Assembly (NCBI GenBank): GCA_002633005.1
Contig: NMRA01000129.1
Span: forward strand, 434,628 to 498,627
Direction: 5' to 3'
Origin: Phoronis australis
Lineage: Eukaryota; Animalia; Phoronida
DNA length: 64,000 bases
Positions 62,405 to 64,000 of the stretch are shown here, piece after piece; position 1 is the stretch's first letter; the number at the start of each line of letters is the position of its first letter. Position numbers and translations under genes: made by a program. The notes beneath the pieces are model-generated. The model did no database searches. It saw only the letters and a program-made list of their open reading frames with translations, and had not been told where the DNA came from.

Positions 62405-62960
62405 ACGCAAACAAAATAGCCGCTAGGGGGCGTAGTAGTAGTTCGGTCGTTCGAAAATCGACACAGCCCTGGTCTCCTTACCAGGAACATACCAGTTAAA
62501 TTGCAGCACGACGATCTTTCGCCAGACATGGTAGATAGTGAGGTGGGCGCAAACAAAGCAAAATTTCCACCAGGGGGTAATATAGCGGTATTCAGATCCA
62601 ACCGATAATCAACGTCAGTCCTGCTCTCGGTAGTAGGACCATGCCTCAAATTTCATGACGATCTTTCACCGAGCTTGATAAATATCTAGGCAGGCACAAA
62701 AAGTGCATAATGGTAATAGATTACGTCCGGAAATAAAAGTCAGGCATGTTCTCGTCAATAGGAATAAATCCGTCTTTCGAACTGTTTGGCAGATAGAGAG
62801 GCTGACACCAAAAACGGACAGCAAAAACCTAAAATTGCCAAATTTCGTAAAGATTGCCATTGAGTAGATACAAAGACAAACTGCCAGTAGGTGGCACACC
62901 AGTAGTCGGATTTGTCGGATATGTAAATCCAGGCACACAAAAAGTACACACACTTGTATC
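62405..62960 (+). repeat. Diverged tandem units related to the internal repeats of the HINE-like element at 41575-42740
   Basis: TGCCAGTAGGTGGCACACCAGTAGTCGGAT (62882) resembles TGCCACTAGGGGGCACACCGGTAGTCGGAT (42528); CAAATTTCATGA is shared. Confidence 0.6.
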
Positions 62961-63425
62961 TGAGGTATTGATTTTTTAAAATTTTACAATGCAATGGTTC
63001 CTTGAAGGATTCTGTATTGAAAACATCTTAATTTGGAATCCCAATAGTTGCTGATAATCCGATATTCCATCATGTAACCTTGTAAACACGTGTTCTTCTT
63101 TACCTCCACTAAGGTCGACAGTATACGTGCATTATAGACAAACTAGACAAATCCTTTCTCAAATCATTTCCTATAAAATCCTGGTGTATAGTTAAACATT
63201 GAATGAATTTCTGTGCCATAACGGTTGAGATTCTACATATTTGGCGAAGAAGCCAAAAAAATTAAGAACAAAAATCTTTCTAAAAAGATACCTAATTGTC
63301 TGTGGCAGACTTTTGAATTATTAATTCAACTCCAAATTTCAAAACCTGCAAAATTAGAAAATAGAGAATCTTCCAATAGCGTCTCCAACATTTATTAGTA
63401 GAATTTATAATCCAAGAACACTTAG

Positions 63426-63785
63426 CACACCATTCATACACCCATAATATTCACACACCATTCATACACCCACACCATTCACACACCATTCATACACCCA
63501 CAACATTCACACACCATTCATTTACCCGGAACATTCATACACCATCCATGCACCTGCAAAACATTCACGCACCATTCATACACCCATAACATGCACACAC
63601 CATTCATACACCCACAACATTCACACACCATTCATACACCCACAACATTCACACACCATTCATTTACCCGGAACATTCATACACCATCCATGCACCTGCA
63701 AAACATTCACGCACCATTCATACACCCATAACATGCACACACCATTCATACACCCACAACATTCACTTACCATTCATAAACCCAC
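63426..63785. repeat. CACACCATTCATACACCC-type minisatellite with ~142-bp higher-order repeat
   Basis: Short CACCATTCA-based units; the block TTTACCCGGAACATTCATACACCATCCATGCACCTGCAAAAC recurs at 63521 and 63663. Confidence 0.9.
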
Positions 63786-64000
63786 GCACTCTTAATGAAC
63801 AAGTTATTTTCCAAATTAGGCCTATACATGTGCCAGTAAATGTATTCGTGTATCTAAGTATTTACAGGGGGCCTCCCAAAAGTTGAATTGATTTCCATTT
63901 AGTTTCAATAACAAGTTGGTCCACTTTGTTTTACAATGTAAGTGTTAGATGGCATACTGACGGTAATGTGGGTTACTTCAAACATTACCTAGGGCTTAAT

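Overview
AT-rich, intron-rich eukaryotic (invertebrate animal-like) DNA with one assembly gap (N 41956-42418). I reconstructed five spliced protein-coding genes by hand, checking GT-AG boundaries and phases. (1) The last two exons of a STUM/SPEC3-family membrane protein (+). (2) ERG28 (-), complete, 135 aa. (3) Vasohibin (+), head-to-head with ERG28 across a ~120-bp E-box-containing promoter. (4) ANGEL (-), convergent with vasohibin, as in human VASH1-ANGEL1 and VASH2-ANGEL2. (5) An FN3-type receptor tyrosine kinase (-) whose 5' end is unresolved. Introns and intergenic DNA carry many MITEs, a tRNA-derived SINE, a Helentron-like element, a Gypsy integrase relic and minisatellites. The most notable observations are: vasohibin exon 1 needs a +1 shift at CAA-AAA-AGT-TAG (assembly indel or real recoding); vasohibin has a probable U12-type intron; an ANGEL exon-skipping switch would change the start codon and possibly targeting; the RTK has a candidate 11-nt poison microexon; and transposon-borne CTCF-like motifs recur. 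No database searches were run; family calls rest on remembered motifs.
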